A DNA stretch of 64,000 nucleotides from Eledone cirrhosa. Lineage: Eukaryota. Location of the stretch: assembly GCA_964016885.1 (NCBI GenBank), contig OZ024744.1:22630001-22694000 (forward strand). Reading direction: 5' to 3'. The position numbers and the translations under genes were made by a program. This document shows positions 9,899-22,125 of this stretch, in pieces (within the stretch, counting starts at the first letter, position 1; every line of letters begins with the position of its first letter). The notes under the pieces are model-generated. The model made no database searches. It had not been told where the DNA came from and saw nothing but the letters and a program-made list of their open reading frames with translations.

Positions 9899-10541
9899 TT
9901 ACCGCCCCCCACCCCCCGTATAGGTTGAGGGGAGAATGAACATTTTGACGATGTTCCGGGGGTCAGTGTCATTCCTGATGTCTTCACGCAAATGGATGTA
10001 GGAGTCTGAGCGCAGCTGCTTCTGATTCAATTTTATGAAGCACAGTCTCTCCGACTCCATCTTTGCAGCCATGTCAACTGCAAACTGGTGAAACAGTTCC
10101 CGTGACCTGTGCAGGGGGCTAAAATCATTAGGCCTCGTCATGAAGCGATATGAGTACAAAGCCATACATGAAACAGTTTTAGATGTCGCAGCAGTGGACT
10201 CGTTTGGTTTGCGTTGAAGATTGCCGAAATGGTACCCGTCTTCTCCGTATGCAAAAAGAAGGGGATACTGCAGGGCGTCGTATGAACGATGCGTCTCATT
10301 AATACGTCGAAGACCACTGTCACGGCTTAGAAGAACTATGTCTCGCTTATTGTGCTGTTCATCATGGATAACTACGGCCACTTCATTGCAGGAAGGAACG
10401 TTATAACGGCGTGCGTGCTCCCCAGAAGGTCTTTTGTCAGCATCGATGACAATGGTGAAGTTTAGTGAAGGGTTTGTTTCCAATGCGTATTTGAAACTGC
10501 GAATATAACTGTTGTGCTCATGAAGCATGTTTTGAAGACCG
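9899..10541 (-). pseudogene. Helitron RepHel N-terminal conserved region fragment
   Basis: HARRYNVPSCNEVA, YDALQYPLLFAYGEDGY, LFHQFAVD, ESERLCFIKLNQKQLR and ILPSTYTGG. The frame is lost at a G-run near 9905-9917. Confidence 0.92.
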
Positions 10542-10882
10542 AGCAGCAGTAGCAGCAGCATTTCTAGCTAGGCGAGTCGACCTTTGTTCCGGGCCCTCTG
10601 AAGCCCCGGAAGCAGCAGTAGAAGCGTTTCTTCTTTGGAATGACGTATCGCCCGCTCTGAATCGCACATCGCAGCACGTCTCGAGGCGTCGTATGAAGCC
10701 ATCTTGGCTAGGCGTGCGGTGCGTTGTTGAAAACTTTCAGCAGCTCTGAATTCCGCTGAACGTAAGGCGCTCTGTGAAAGTCTTAAAGCAGTTTCCTCGG
10801 GGGACTCGTTTGCTCTAGTCGCTCTCTGCGCCGCCGCTGACGCGGTATGGCGACCGAAGCGACTTCTCTGTTTAGGTGGCAT
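10542..10882 (-). pseudogene. Helitron extreme N-terminus with four 23-aa STPR-like repeats
   Basis: MPPKQRSR..., then RANESPEETALRLSQSALRSAEF / RAAESFQQRTARLAKMASYDASR / RAAMCDSERAIRHSK(frameshift)RNASTAAS / GASEGPEQRSTRLARNAAATAA. A 69-bp DNA period is visible (AGCAGCAGTAG at 10542 and 10611). Confidence 0.7.
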
Positions 10883-11449
10883 TTTATGTGAAAAAGAAAG
10901 GGTGAAAGTTACTTCTACAGCAAAATTGCCTTTGAAAGTATAAGGCTGAAAACTGTCGGCGTTCCGCAGGGGGAAAAAATGGGAGAACGAACGGTAAATA
11001 AATAACTCACAGTTTGTTGAAAGCGCGCTTCTGTCAGCAATTTGAAGTTGTTTGGCCAAAAATCCCTATTTGTTTTTTTTTCACTCAATAAACATGTAAA
11101 TATGTTATACACAAAATGTAATTGTGTGTGAGTTGGATGATAGATGTTTTAAAAAAAGAGTTTAAGCGTATATAAGAGAAGGTTGCAGCATGTATTTTTT
11201 TTTTTCGATTTTTAAGGGGAGTAGAGAGAGGTATTCAGATTGTATTAGAGGGTAAAAGCGTCATGTATTTAGTTTTATCGATTATTTCCGTAATTGTGGG
11301 TGATTTTAAAATAAATAAATAGTCGTTGACCTAAGTTAGACCATTTACAACATTCCTACAGACTTTGAGTCGAATTGGTTTGAAATTGTGCAAATGTAAA
11401 TAATTTTTTTTTTAATGTTAACTTTAAGGTAACACATTTTCCATTTGTG

Positions 11450-11820
11450 TATGTTTATATATATATACATACAGAAGTAAGTGTTGGTGTGAGTGTGGGT
11501 GTGTGTGCGTGTATGTATGTATTATGTGTGTCCCTCCCCCTCTCTCTCTATGTGTCGCAAATTTCGTGACCTCGTAGAAATTATGTTATGCTAATTTGAA
11601 CATGTTGTGTCATGATGAATGTCCATGCATATATAGTCATACACACACTTACACAAGCACAAACACAACACAAACAGGCGACACACACATATATACATAC
11701 ACACACGCACTCTCACACAGATACATGCACACATATACCCCCACACGCACACATACACACACATATACAAGCACGCGTACACATACACAGTCTATAATCA
11801 TATAAATAGATTTACACACA
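11450..11820. repeat. Degenerate (TG)n / (CA)n low-complexity tracts
   Basis: TG-rich at 11450-11530 and CA-rich at 11640-11790; these generate the spurious H/T and V/C ORFs. Confidence 0.9.
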
Positions 11821-11995
11821 TTGAAAGGTAATGACGGATGCAGTGGAAAGAAAAGGGATAAAACACAGTCATAATAGCCAGCGTGTGTTTGTCGTTTACG
11901 GCTTGGTGGAACCCATCCCTTTCCAGATCAAAACACAGCCATATTTATATATTTGTTTTTTTTATGATGTTTAACAGAAACCCGTTCCCATAAAC

Positions 11996-12640
11996 TTATT
12001 CTTCTTCTTAGGGTCGTAGGGGCAGAGTCCTCAAACACACGTTCCGTCGGGTCATGTTTAGAAGCAACCGTCTCTAATTTATCCAACTGGATCCCCAAGT
12101 GAGACCAGCTGAGCTAATGGATTTTATCCAACCACCTTGCTCCAGGTCTATCCTTGGGTATCCTACCTGTTTCGCCCGTAAAATCTGTCCAGCGATTCTT
12201 CCCTGAGAGATTCTAACCACATTGCCATAGTATAAGAGCTGTGATCTCTCAATTCGGAGAAGGAGCGGCTGTATTACTGCGCCAGCTTTTTCAATTCTGG
12301 TACTTAATTCAGCCTCCTGCCTTCCATCACTCGTGAAGACGGCCCCGAGATACTTGAACATCTCCACCTGCTTCAGTGGAACTCCATTTACATGTAGCGT
12401 GCACTACACAGGCTTCCTTGAGAGGACGAGTGTCTCAGTTTTCTTAACACTGATTTTCATCCCAGCCGTGCGAGTACAAGTCGAATATCATCTTCTGTCG
12501 AGTTAAGTAACACCATGTCGACTGCAAATTCCAGCCGACTGATTTAACACCCGCTAGTCATGATACCACTTCCAACCCAGCTGTGCATATCAATCCTGTT
12601 CATGAAAATAATGAAAAGGAGAGTTGACAGTATGCAATAT
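11996..12640 (-). mobile_element. RTE-clade LINE fragment (RT C-terminal half to 3' end), same family as 3437-3740
   Basis: Minus-strand CILSTLLFIIFMNRID, degenerate catalytic FAVDMVLL, GMKISVKKTETLVL, LKQVEMFKYLGAVF and QLLYYGNVVRI. A (CTT)n tail lies at ~12000, and the nucleotide sequence aligns with 3478-3735. Confidence 0.88.
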
Positions 12641-12864
12641 TAACTGTGATGAAAAAAACTAAACAATCTAGCCGCCATAGTACTCACTGAATAACGTTAC
12701 GTGGCGGAGATTTGACTACTGTGTCGTGATCGGCATCTAGCCGTATACAGGCTGCCTTCATTGACACCTAGAAAATCTTGTGGAGGTGAACGGCGATTAT
12801 TCGATCTGAGCTTGACTGTTGCTGCTTCTCTGCACTTCTAACTATTGTACATAACAACACTTTG

Positions 12865-13160
12865 TTTCTAATGGAGGTTACACTACCTTTCTGAGAAAGA
12901 CTAAATATTCCTTGTCAGGCATATCCTACTCTTAATATCCCAAAAGTAATTGCACGACTGATTGAACGACGTAGGTTTGCTGGTCATTGCTTCCGAACCA
13001 AATTTGAGATGGTATCAGACCACTTGTTCTGGAAGATCTCCTTTATCCGAAAGCTCAGATAACAGGATACCATAGCAACAGACACTGGAATTGACAAGGA
13101 AGAACTACAAACGTTCTTGAGGAAACTGAGACTGCTGGCGTGATGTTGTTTGCTGTCTCA
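12865..13160 (+). mobile_element. RTE-like LINE 3' fragment of a different family
   Basis: Plus-strand GGYTTFLRK..., IERRRFAGHCFRTKFEMVSDHLFW (from ~12961) and DTGIDKEELQTF...CWRDVV, across frameshifts. Confidence 0.7.
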
Positions 13161-13337
13161 CCTAAGAGACACAGGAATTCTCATGGAAGTCCTATAGACC
13201 TTGATAGGAACTGAGACTCTTAGCGACAAGTTGTGATTGCTGACTCGTCTAGGGTGATAGAATAGATGCCAGAAAGTTCAAATAGCAGAATACAATAGTA
13301 AGAGACACCGGAATTGACAGGGAAGATCTATAGCCAT

Positions 13338-14570
13338 TGTGTGGTGTGGTGTAGTGTGGAGTAGTGTATGGTGTGGTGTGGAGTGGTGTATGGTGTGTGC
13401 TGTGTAGTGTGGAGTAGTGTATGGTGTGGTGTGGAGTGGTGTATGGTGTGTGCTGTGTAGTGTGGTGTGGTCTGCTGTAGTGTAGTGTGTGGTGTGTGGT
13501 ATATGATGTGGTGTGGTGTGTGGTGTATGGTGTGGTGTGTGGTGTAGTGTGGTGTGTTGTGTGGTGTGGTGTAGTGTGGTGTGATGTGTGGTGTAGTGTG
13601 GTGTGGTGTGTGGTGTGTGGTATGGTGTGGTGTAGTGTTGTGTGTGATGTGGTGTGTTGTGTGGGTGTGGTGTAGTGTGGTGTGGTGTGTGTTGTGTCGT
13701 CGTGTGGTGTGGGGTGGTGTGGGTGGTGTGGGGTGTGTAGTATGGTGTGTTGTGTGGTGTGGTGTGGTGTGTGGTGTGTGGTGTGGTGTAGTGTAGTGTG
13801 GTATGTGATGTGGTGTGGTGTGTGGTGTTGTGTATGGTGTGGTGTGTGATGTGATGTGTGGTGTGTGGTGTGGTGTGGCGTGGTGTGTGGAGTGGTGTGG
13901 TGTGTGGAGTGTGGTGTGGTGTGTGGTGTGTTGTGTGATGTGTGGTGTGGGGTGTGTTGTGTGGAATTGGGTGTAGTGTGGTGGGGTTGGTGTGGTTTGG
14001 TGTAATGTAGTGTAGTGTGGTGTAGTGTGGTGTAATGGGGTGTAGTGTGGTGTGATGTAGTGTGGTGTGGTGTAGTGTAGTATAGTGTGTTGTGGTGTGG
14101 CGTAGTGTAGTGTAGCGTAGTGTAGTGTGGTGTAGTGGGGTGTGGTGTAGTGTAGTGTAGTATAGTGTGATGTGGTGTCGTGTGCGTGGTGTTAGGTGTG
14201 GTGTCGTGTGCGTGGTGTTAGGTGTGGTGTAGTGTGATGTGGGGTGGGGTGTGATGTGATGAGGTGTGGTGTGGTGTGTTGCAGTGTGGTGTAGTCTGGT
14301 GTAGTCTGGTGTAGTGTGGTGTAGTGTGGTGTAGTGTGGTGTGGGGTGTGGTGTGGTGTGGTGTAGTGTATTGCGGCGTGGTGTGGTGTGGTGTAGTGTG
14401 GTGTAGTGTGGTATAGTGTGGTGTGGTGTGGTGTAGTGTGGTGTAGTGTGGTGTAGTGTAGTGTAGTGTGATTTGGTTTGGTGCAGTGTTGTGTGTTGTA
14501 GTGTAGTGTGGTGTGGTGTAGTATAGTGAGGAATGGTGTGGTGTGTATGTTGTGTATGTATGTTTGTGTG
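13338..14570. repeat. G/T-rich degenerate pentamer repeat (GTGTG/GTAGT)n of about 1.2 kb
   Basis: Directly visible; accounts for the 440-aa His/Thr ORF 13278..14600. Confidence 0.97.
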
Positions 14571-17500
14571 TATATCCAGCGAAATGAACCTGCTAGCCAT
14601 ACTCTAAATTCCGGCAGTCTAAAAGAGACTGCCCACCTTCGACAAGCCTAACAGAGACTGTCCACTTTCAACAAACCTAACGGAGACTGCCCACTTTCGA
14701 CGTACTTAACAGAGACTGCCCAGCTTCGTCAAGCCAATCAGAGACTGCCCTCTTTCGACAAACCTAACAGAAACTCCCCACCTTCAACAAGCCTAACAGA
14801 GACTTCCAACTTTCGACAGAACTAAAAGAGACTGCCCACTTTCGACATACCTAACAGAGACTGCCCACCTTTGACAAACGTAACAGAGACTGGCCACCGT
14901 CGACAAACTCAACAGAGACTGCCCACAGTCGACAGGCCTAACAGAGACTGACCACTTTCGACAAATCTTACAGAGACAGCCCACCTATGGCAAACTAAAC
15001 AGGGACTAACTACCTTCGACAAGGCTAGCAATGATTGCCCACCTTCGAAAGCCTAACAGAGACTGCCCACATTTGACAAACGTAACAGATAAAGCCACCT
15101 TCGACAAACTTAAAACAGACTGCCCAACGTCGACGAGCCTAACAGAAACTGCCCCCCCCCCCCCTCTTCTACAAGGCTAATACTGACTGCCCACCTCGAC
15201 AGGGCTAACAGAGGCTCCCAACCTACGAGAAGCCTAACAGAGTCTGCCCACCTTCGAAAAACCTAACAGAGACAGCCCACTTTCGACAAGCCGAACAGAG
15301 ACTGCCCACCTTAGACAAACCTAACAGATACTGCCCACTTTCGACAAGCCTAACAGAGATTTCCCGCCGTTGACAATTCTAAGAGAGACTGCCCATCTTC
15401 GACAAACCTAACAGATACTGCTCACCTTCGACAAGCCTAACAGAGACTTCCCACCTTCGATGAGTCTAACAGAGACTGCCCATTTTCACAAACTTAACAG
15501 AGACTGCCGACCTACGACAAACCTAACAGAGACTGCCCACCTTCGACAAGCCTAACAGAGATTGCCCGCCTGCGATAAGACTAACAGAGACTGTCCAGCT
15601 TCGACAAGCCTAGCAGAGACTGCACACCTTGGACAGGCCTAACAGAGACTGCCCACTTTCGACAAACATAACAGAGACTGCCCACCGTCGACAAACCTAA
15701 CAGAGACTGCCCAACTTCGACAAGTCTAACAGTGACTGCCCACCTTCGACAAACCTAACAGAAACTGCCAACTTTCGACAAACCTGACGGAGACTGTCCA
15801 CCTTCGACAAGCCTAACAGAGAGCCCGCCTTCGACAAGTCTAACAGAGACTACCCACCTTCGACAAGCCTAACAGGGACTGACCACCTTCGACAAACCTA
15901 ACAGAGACTGCCCAACTTTGACAACTCTAACAGAGACTGCCAACCTTCGACAGACCTTACAGAGACTGCCTATCTTCAATAAACCTAACAGAGACTGACC
16001 AACTTAGAAAGGTTTAACGGAGACTGCCCACCTTCGACAAACCTGACAGAGACTGCCCAACTTCGACAAACCTGACGAAGACTGCCAACCTTCGACAAGC
16101 CTGACAGAGACAGCCCACCTACAACAAGTCTAACAGAGACTGTCTATCTCTACACACCTAACAGAGACTGCCCATCTTCGACAAGCATAACAGAGACTAC
16201 CCAGCTTCGAAAAACCTAACAGAGACTGCCCATTTTCGAACAACCTAAATGAGAGTGCCGACTTTTGACAAACCTATCAGAGACTGCCCACCTTCAACAA
16301 ACCTAACAGATACTGCCAACATTCGACAAACCTAAGTGAGACTGCCCACCTTCGACAAGCCTAACAGAGACTGCCCGAGTTAGACAAGTCTAACAGCGAC
16401 AGCCCACCTTCGACAAACCTAACAGGGACTCCACACTTTCGACCAACCTAACTGAGAGTGCCCATATTTGACAAACCTAACAGAGACTGCCCAACTTCAA
16501 AAAGCCTAGGAGAGATTGCCCACCTTCGATAAGCCTAATAAAGACTGCCCACTTTCGACAAACCTGACGGAGACTGTCCACCTTCGACAAGTCTAACAGC
16601 GACTGCGCACCTTCGACAAGCCTAACAGAGACTGCCCACGTTTGACAAACCTAACAGTGACTGCCCACCGTCGTGAAACCTGACGGAGAATGCCCAACTC
16701 CGACAAGGCTATCAGAGACTCCCCAACTTCGACAAGTCTAACATGACTGTCCACCTTCGACAAGCCTAACAGAGACTACCCACCTTCGACAAACCTAACA
16801 GAGACTGCCAACCTTCAAGAAACCTAACAGCGGCTGCCCACATTCGAAAAACCTAAAAGCGACTGCCCACCTTCGACAATTCTAATAGAGACTGCCCACC
16901 TTCGACAGAGCTAACAGAGACTGCCCACCTTCGACAAGCCTAACAGATACTGCCAACCTTCAACAAATCTAAGAGAGACTGCCCACCCGCGACTAACATA
17001 ACAGAGACTGCCCATGTTCGGCAAAAATAACAGAGTATCCCCATCTTCAACAAACCTAACAAAGACTGCCCATTTTCGACAAACCTAACAGAGACTTCCC
17101 ATCTTCGACAAGCCTAATAGAGACTCGCCGCCTTCGACAAGTCTAACAGAGACTGCCTACTTGCGACAAACCTAACAGAGACTGCCCACCTTCGACAAAT
17201 CTAACAGAGACTGCCCACTTTCGACAAAACTAACAGAGACTGCCAAACTTCGACAAACCTAACAGAGACTTCTCATCATCGACAAACCTAACAGAAACTG
17301 CCGACCTTCGATAAGCCTAACTGAGACTGCCCACCTTCGACAAGCATATCAGAGTCTGCTCAACTTCGACAAGTCTAACAGAGGCTGCCCAACTTCGACA
17401 AGCCTAACAGAGACTGCCCACCTTCAACAAACCTAACTGAGACTGACCAGCTTAGAAAAGTCTAACGAAGACTGACAACTTTCGACCAACCTAAGTGAGA

Positions 17501-19909
17501 ATGCCCACTTTTAACAAACCTAACAGAGATTGCCTGCCTTCGACAAGCCTGACACATACTGCCCATCTTCGACAAAGATAAGAGAGACTGCCCACCTTCA
17601 ACAACCTAACAGAGACTGCCGACCATCGACAAGCATAACAGGGACTGCCCGCATCCGAAAAACCTAACAGAGACTGCCAACTTTCCACTAAACTAAAAGA
17701 AACTGCCGATCTTCGACAAAACTAACAGAGACAGCCCAGCTTCGACAAGCTTAGTTGAGACTGCCCACCTTCGACAAGTCTCACAGTGTCTGCACACATC
17801 TACACACATAACAGAGACAGCCCACCTTCAACAAACCTAAGAGAGACTACCAATCTTCGACAAACCTAACAGAGACTGCCAACCATCAACAAAACAAACA
17901 AAGACTGCCCAACTTCAACAAACCTAACAGAGACTGCCCGACATCGACAAGCCTAACAGAGACTACCCGCCTTCGACAAGTCTAATAGATACTGCCAACA
18001 TTCGAATAACCTAACAGAGACTACCTACTTTCGACAAACCTAACAGAGACTCCCCACCTTCGCCGAATTTATCAAAGACTGCCCACGTTCGACAAACCTA
18101 ACAGATACTGCCCATCTTTAAAAAGCCTAACAAAGACTGCCCACCTTCGACAAACCTAACCGTGATTGCCCACCTTCGACAAGCCTAACAGAGAATACCC
18201 AACTTCGACAAGTCTAACAGAGACTGCCCACCTTCTACAAGCCTAACAGAGACTGCCCACCTTCAACAAACCTAACAGAGACTGCACAGCTTCGACAAGC
18301 CTAAGTGAGACTGCCCAACTTCGACAAGACTAACAGACACTTCCCAACTTCGACATGCCTAACAGAGACTGCCCACCTTCGACAAACTTAACATAGACTG
18401 CCCACCTTAGAAAAGTCTAACGAACACTGCCCACTTTAGACCAATCTAACTGGGAGTGCCAAATTTTAACAAACCTAACAGAGACTGCCTGCATTCGACA
18501 AACCTAACAGATACTGCTCACCTTCGACAAACACATAAGAGAGACTGCCCATCTTCAACAACCCTAACAGAGACTGCCCACCTTCGACAAGCATAACAGA
18601 GACTGCCAACATTCGACTAAATTAAAAGAAACCGCCGATCTTCGACAAGTCTAACAGAGACTGCCCCCCTTCGACAAGTCTAACAGAGACTGCCAATCTT
18701 CGACAAACCTAACAGAGACAGCCCATCTTCGACAAACCTAACAGAAACTGCCCACATTCGATAAGCCTAACAGAGACTGCCCAACTTCGACAAGTCTAAA
18801 AGAGACGGCCCAACTTCGATAAGCCTAACAGAGGCGGCCCAACTTCGACAAGTCTAACAAAGACTTCCCACCTTCTACAAGCCTAACAGAGATTACCCAC
18901 CTTCAACAAAACTAACAGAGACTGGCAAACTTCGACAAACCTAACAGAAACTGCCCAACTTCGACAAACCTAACAGAGACTGCCCGCTTTCGACAAAACT
19001 AACAGAAACTTCTCAACTTAGACAAGTCTAACAGAGATTGCCCACCTTCGACAAAACCTAACAGAGACTGCCCTCCTCCGACAACCCTGTCAGGAACTGC
19101 CCATATACGATATGTCTAACAGAGACTGACAACCTTCGACAAACCTAACAGAGACTGTCCACTTGACAAACATGACAGAGACTGCACACCTTCGACAAAT
19201 CTAACAAGAGTGCCCACATTCGACAAGCCTAACTGAGACTGCCCACCTTCGACAAGTCTCACAATGTCTGCCCACATCTACACACCTAACAGGGACTGCA
19301 CACCTTCAACAAACCTAAGAGATACTGCCAATTTTCGACAAACCAAACAGAGACTGCCCACCTTGGACAAACCTAACAGAGACTGCGCGCTTTCGACAAG
19401 TCTAACAGAGTCTGCCAACATTCGAATAACCTAACAGAGACTGCCTACTTTCGACAAACCTAACAGAGACTGCCCACCTTCTACCAATTTATCAAAGACT
19501 GCCCACGTACGACAAGCCTAACAGAGACTGCGCATCTTCAACAAACCTAACGAAGACTACTCACATTCGACAAAATTAACTGAGACTGCCCACATTAGAT
19601 AAGCCTAACAGAGACTGCCTAACTTCGACAAATCTAACAGTGACGGCCCAACTTGGCCATGCCTAACAGAGCCTGCCCAACTTCAACAAGTCTAAGAGGG
19701 ATTGCCCACTTCCGACAAGTCTAACTAAGACTTCCCACTTTCGACATTAGATAAGCCTAACAAAGAAAAACCAACTTCGACAAACCTAACAGAGACTCCC
19801 AAACTTAGACAAACATAACAGAGACTGCCCATCTTCAACAAACCTAACAAGGCTTCCCAGCTTCGACAAAACAAACAGAAACTGCCCACCTTCAACAAGG
19901 CTAACAGAG

Positions 19910-22125
19910 ACTGCCCACCTTCGACAAGTCTAACAGAGACTGCCCGCCTGCGACAAGTCTAACAGAGACTGCCCACCTTCGAGAAGCCTAACAGAGAATG
20001 CCCATCTTCGACAAACCTAACAGAGACGGCCCACCTTCGGCATGTCTAACAGAGACTGCCCACCTTCGACAAGTCTGACAGAGACTGCCCACATTCGACA
20101 AATCTATCAGAGACTGCCCACCTTCGACAAATCTACCAGAGACAGCCCACCTTCGACAAGCCTAACAGAGACTGCCCGCCTTCGACAAGTCTAACAGAGA
20201 CTGTCCACCTTCGACAAGTCTAACAGAGACTTCCCACCTTCACAGGCCTAACAGAGACTGCCCACCTTCGACAAACCTAACAGAGACTGTCCACCTTCAA
20301 AAAAAATAACTGAAACTGCCCACCTTCGACAAGGCTTACAGAGACTGCCCACCTTCGACAGACCTAGCAGAGACGGCCCACCTTCGATAATCCTATCAGA
20401 CATTGCCCAACTTCGACAAGTCTAACAGAGATGGGCCACCTTCGACAAACATAATAGAGACTGCCCATATTCGACAATCCTAACATAGACTGCCAAACTT
20501 CGACAAGTCTAACAGAGACTGCCCACCTTCATCAAACCTAACAGAGACTGTCCACCTTCGACAAACCTAAAAGAGACTGACACTTTTGACAATCTTAACA
20601 AAGACTGTCCACCTTCGGCACACCTAACAGACACTGCCCAACTTCGACAAGCCTAACAGAGATTACCAACCTTCGACAATTCTAAGAGAGACTGCCCACA
20701 TTCGAAAAAAATAATTAAGCCTGCCCACGTTCGACAACCCAAACAGAGACTGCCCGCCTGCGACTAGTCTAACAGAGACTGCCCACCTTCGACAAGTTTA
20801 ACAGAGAATGCCCATCTTCGACAAACCTAACAGAGACTGGCCACCTTCGACAAGTCTAACAGAGCCGGCCCACATTCGGCATGTCTAACAGAGACTGCCC
20901 ACCTTCGAAAAGTCTGACAGAGAATGCCCACCTTCGACAAACCTACCAGAGACAGCCCATCTTCGACAAGCCTAACAGAGAATGCCCACTTTTTCACAAG
21001 TCTAACAGAGACTGCCCACCTTCGACAAGTCTAACAGAGACTGCCCGCCTGCGACAAGTCTAACAGAGACTGCCCACCTTCGAGAAGCCTAACAGAGAAT
21101 GCCCATCTTCGACAAACCTAACAGAGACGGCCCACCTTCGGCATGTCTAACAGAGACTGCCCACCTTCGACAAGTCTGACAGAGACTGCCCACATTCGAC
21201 AAATCTATCAGAGACTGCCCACCTTCGACAAATCTACCAGAGACAGCCCACCTTCGACAAGCCTAACAGAGACTGCCCGCCTTCGACAAGTCTAACAGAG
21301 ACTGTCCACCTTCGACAAGTCTAACAGAGACTTCCCACCTTCACAGGCCTAACAGAGACTGCCCACCTTCGACAAACCTAACAGAGACTGTCCACCTTCA
21401 AAAAAAATAACTGAAACTGCCCACCTTCGACAAGGCTTACAGAGACTGCCCACCTTCGACAGACCTAGCAGAGACGGCCCACCTTCGATAATCCTATCAG
21501 ACATTGCCCAACTTCGACAAGTCTAACAGAGATGGGCCACCTTCGACAAACATAATAGAGACTGCCCATATTCGACAATCCTAACATAGACTGCCAAACT
21601 TCGACAAGTCTAACAGAGACTGCCCACCTTCATCAAACCTAACAGAGACTGTCCACCTTCGACAAACCTAAAAGAGACTGACACTTTTGACAATCTTAAC
21701 AAAGACTGTCCACCTTCGGCACACCTAACAGACACTGCCCTACTTCGACAAGCCTAACAGAGATTACCAACCTTCGACAATTCTAAGAGAGACTGCCCAC
21801 ATTCGAAAAAAATAATTAAGCCTGCCCACGTTCGACAACCCAAACAGAGACTGCCCGCCTGCGACTAGTCTAAAAGAGACTGCCCACCTTCGACAAGTTT
21901 AACAGAGAATGCCCATCTTCGACAAACCTAACAGAGACTGGCCACCTTCGACAAGTCTAACAGAGCCGGCCCACATTCGGCATGTCTAACAGAGACTGCC
22001 CACCTTCGAAAAGTCTGACAGAGAATGCCCACCTTCGACAAACCTACCAGAGACAGCCCATCTTCGACAAGCCTAACAGAGAATGCCCACTTTTTCACAA
22101 GTCTAACAGAGACTGCCCACCTTCG
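19910..22125. repeat. Tandem duplication of a 1,101-bp (38-monomer) satellite block
   Basis: Near-identical ORF translations at 20881 and 21982 (offset 1101). The private variant TTCAAAAAAAATAACTGAAACT is shared at ~20296 and ~21397. Confidence 0.92.

Larger units (their letters stand above)
8236..11059 (-). mobile_element. Helitron (rolling-circle transposon) RepHel remnant, frameshifted, internally deleted and lacking the helicase
   Basis: Four collinear minus-strand ORF pieces (10568..11059, 9899..10561, 8509..9672, 8236..8502) carry Helitron motifs in the expected order. Termini were not confidently located. Confidence 0.95.

Noticed and set aside
11060-11450. Helitron 5' terminus (TC)
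   Set aside because: The region may be the element's 5' UTR, but no A|TC boundary can be assigned without other copies.
13278-14600. 440-aa His/Thr-rich protein
   Set aside because: Translation of a stop-poor (CACAC/ACTAC)n simple repeat, with no domain or gene structure.
15151-15165. Poly-C run in the satellite (and the GA expansion at ~26132-26143)
   Set aside because: Local slippage of existing CCC or GAGA runs, or sequencing error; not an insertion.
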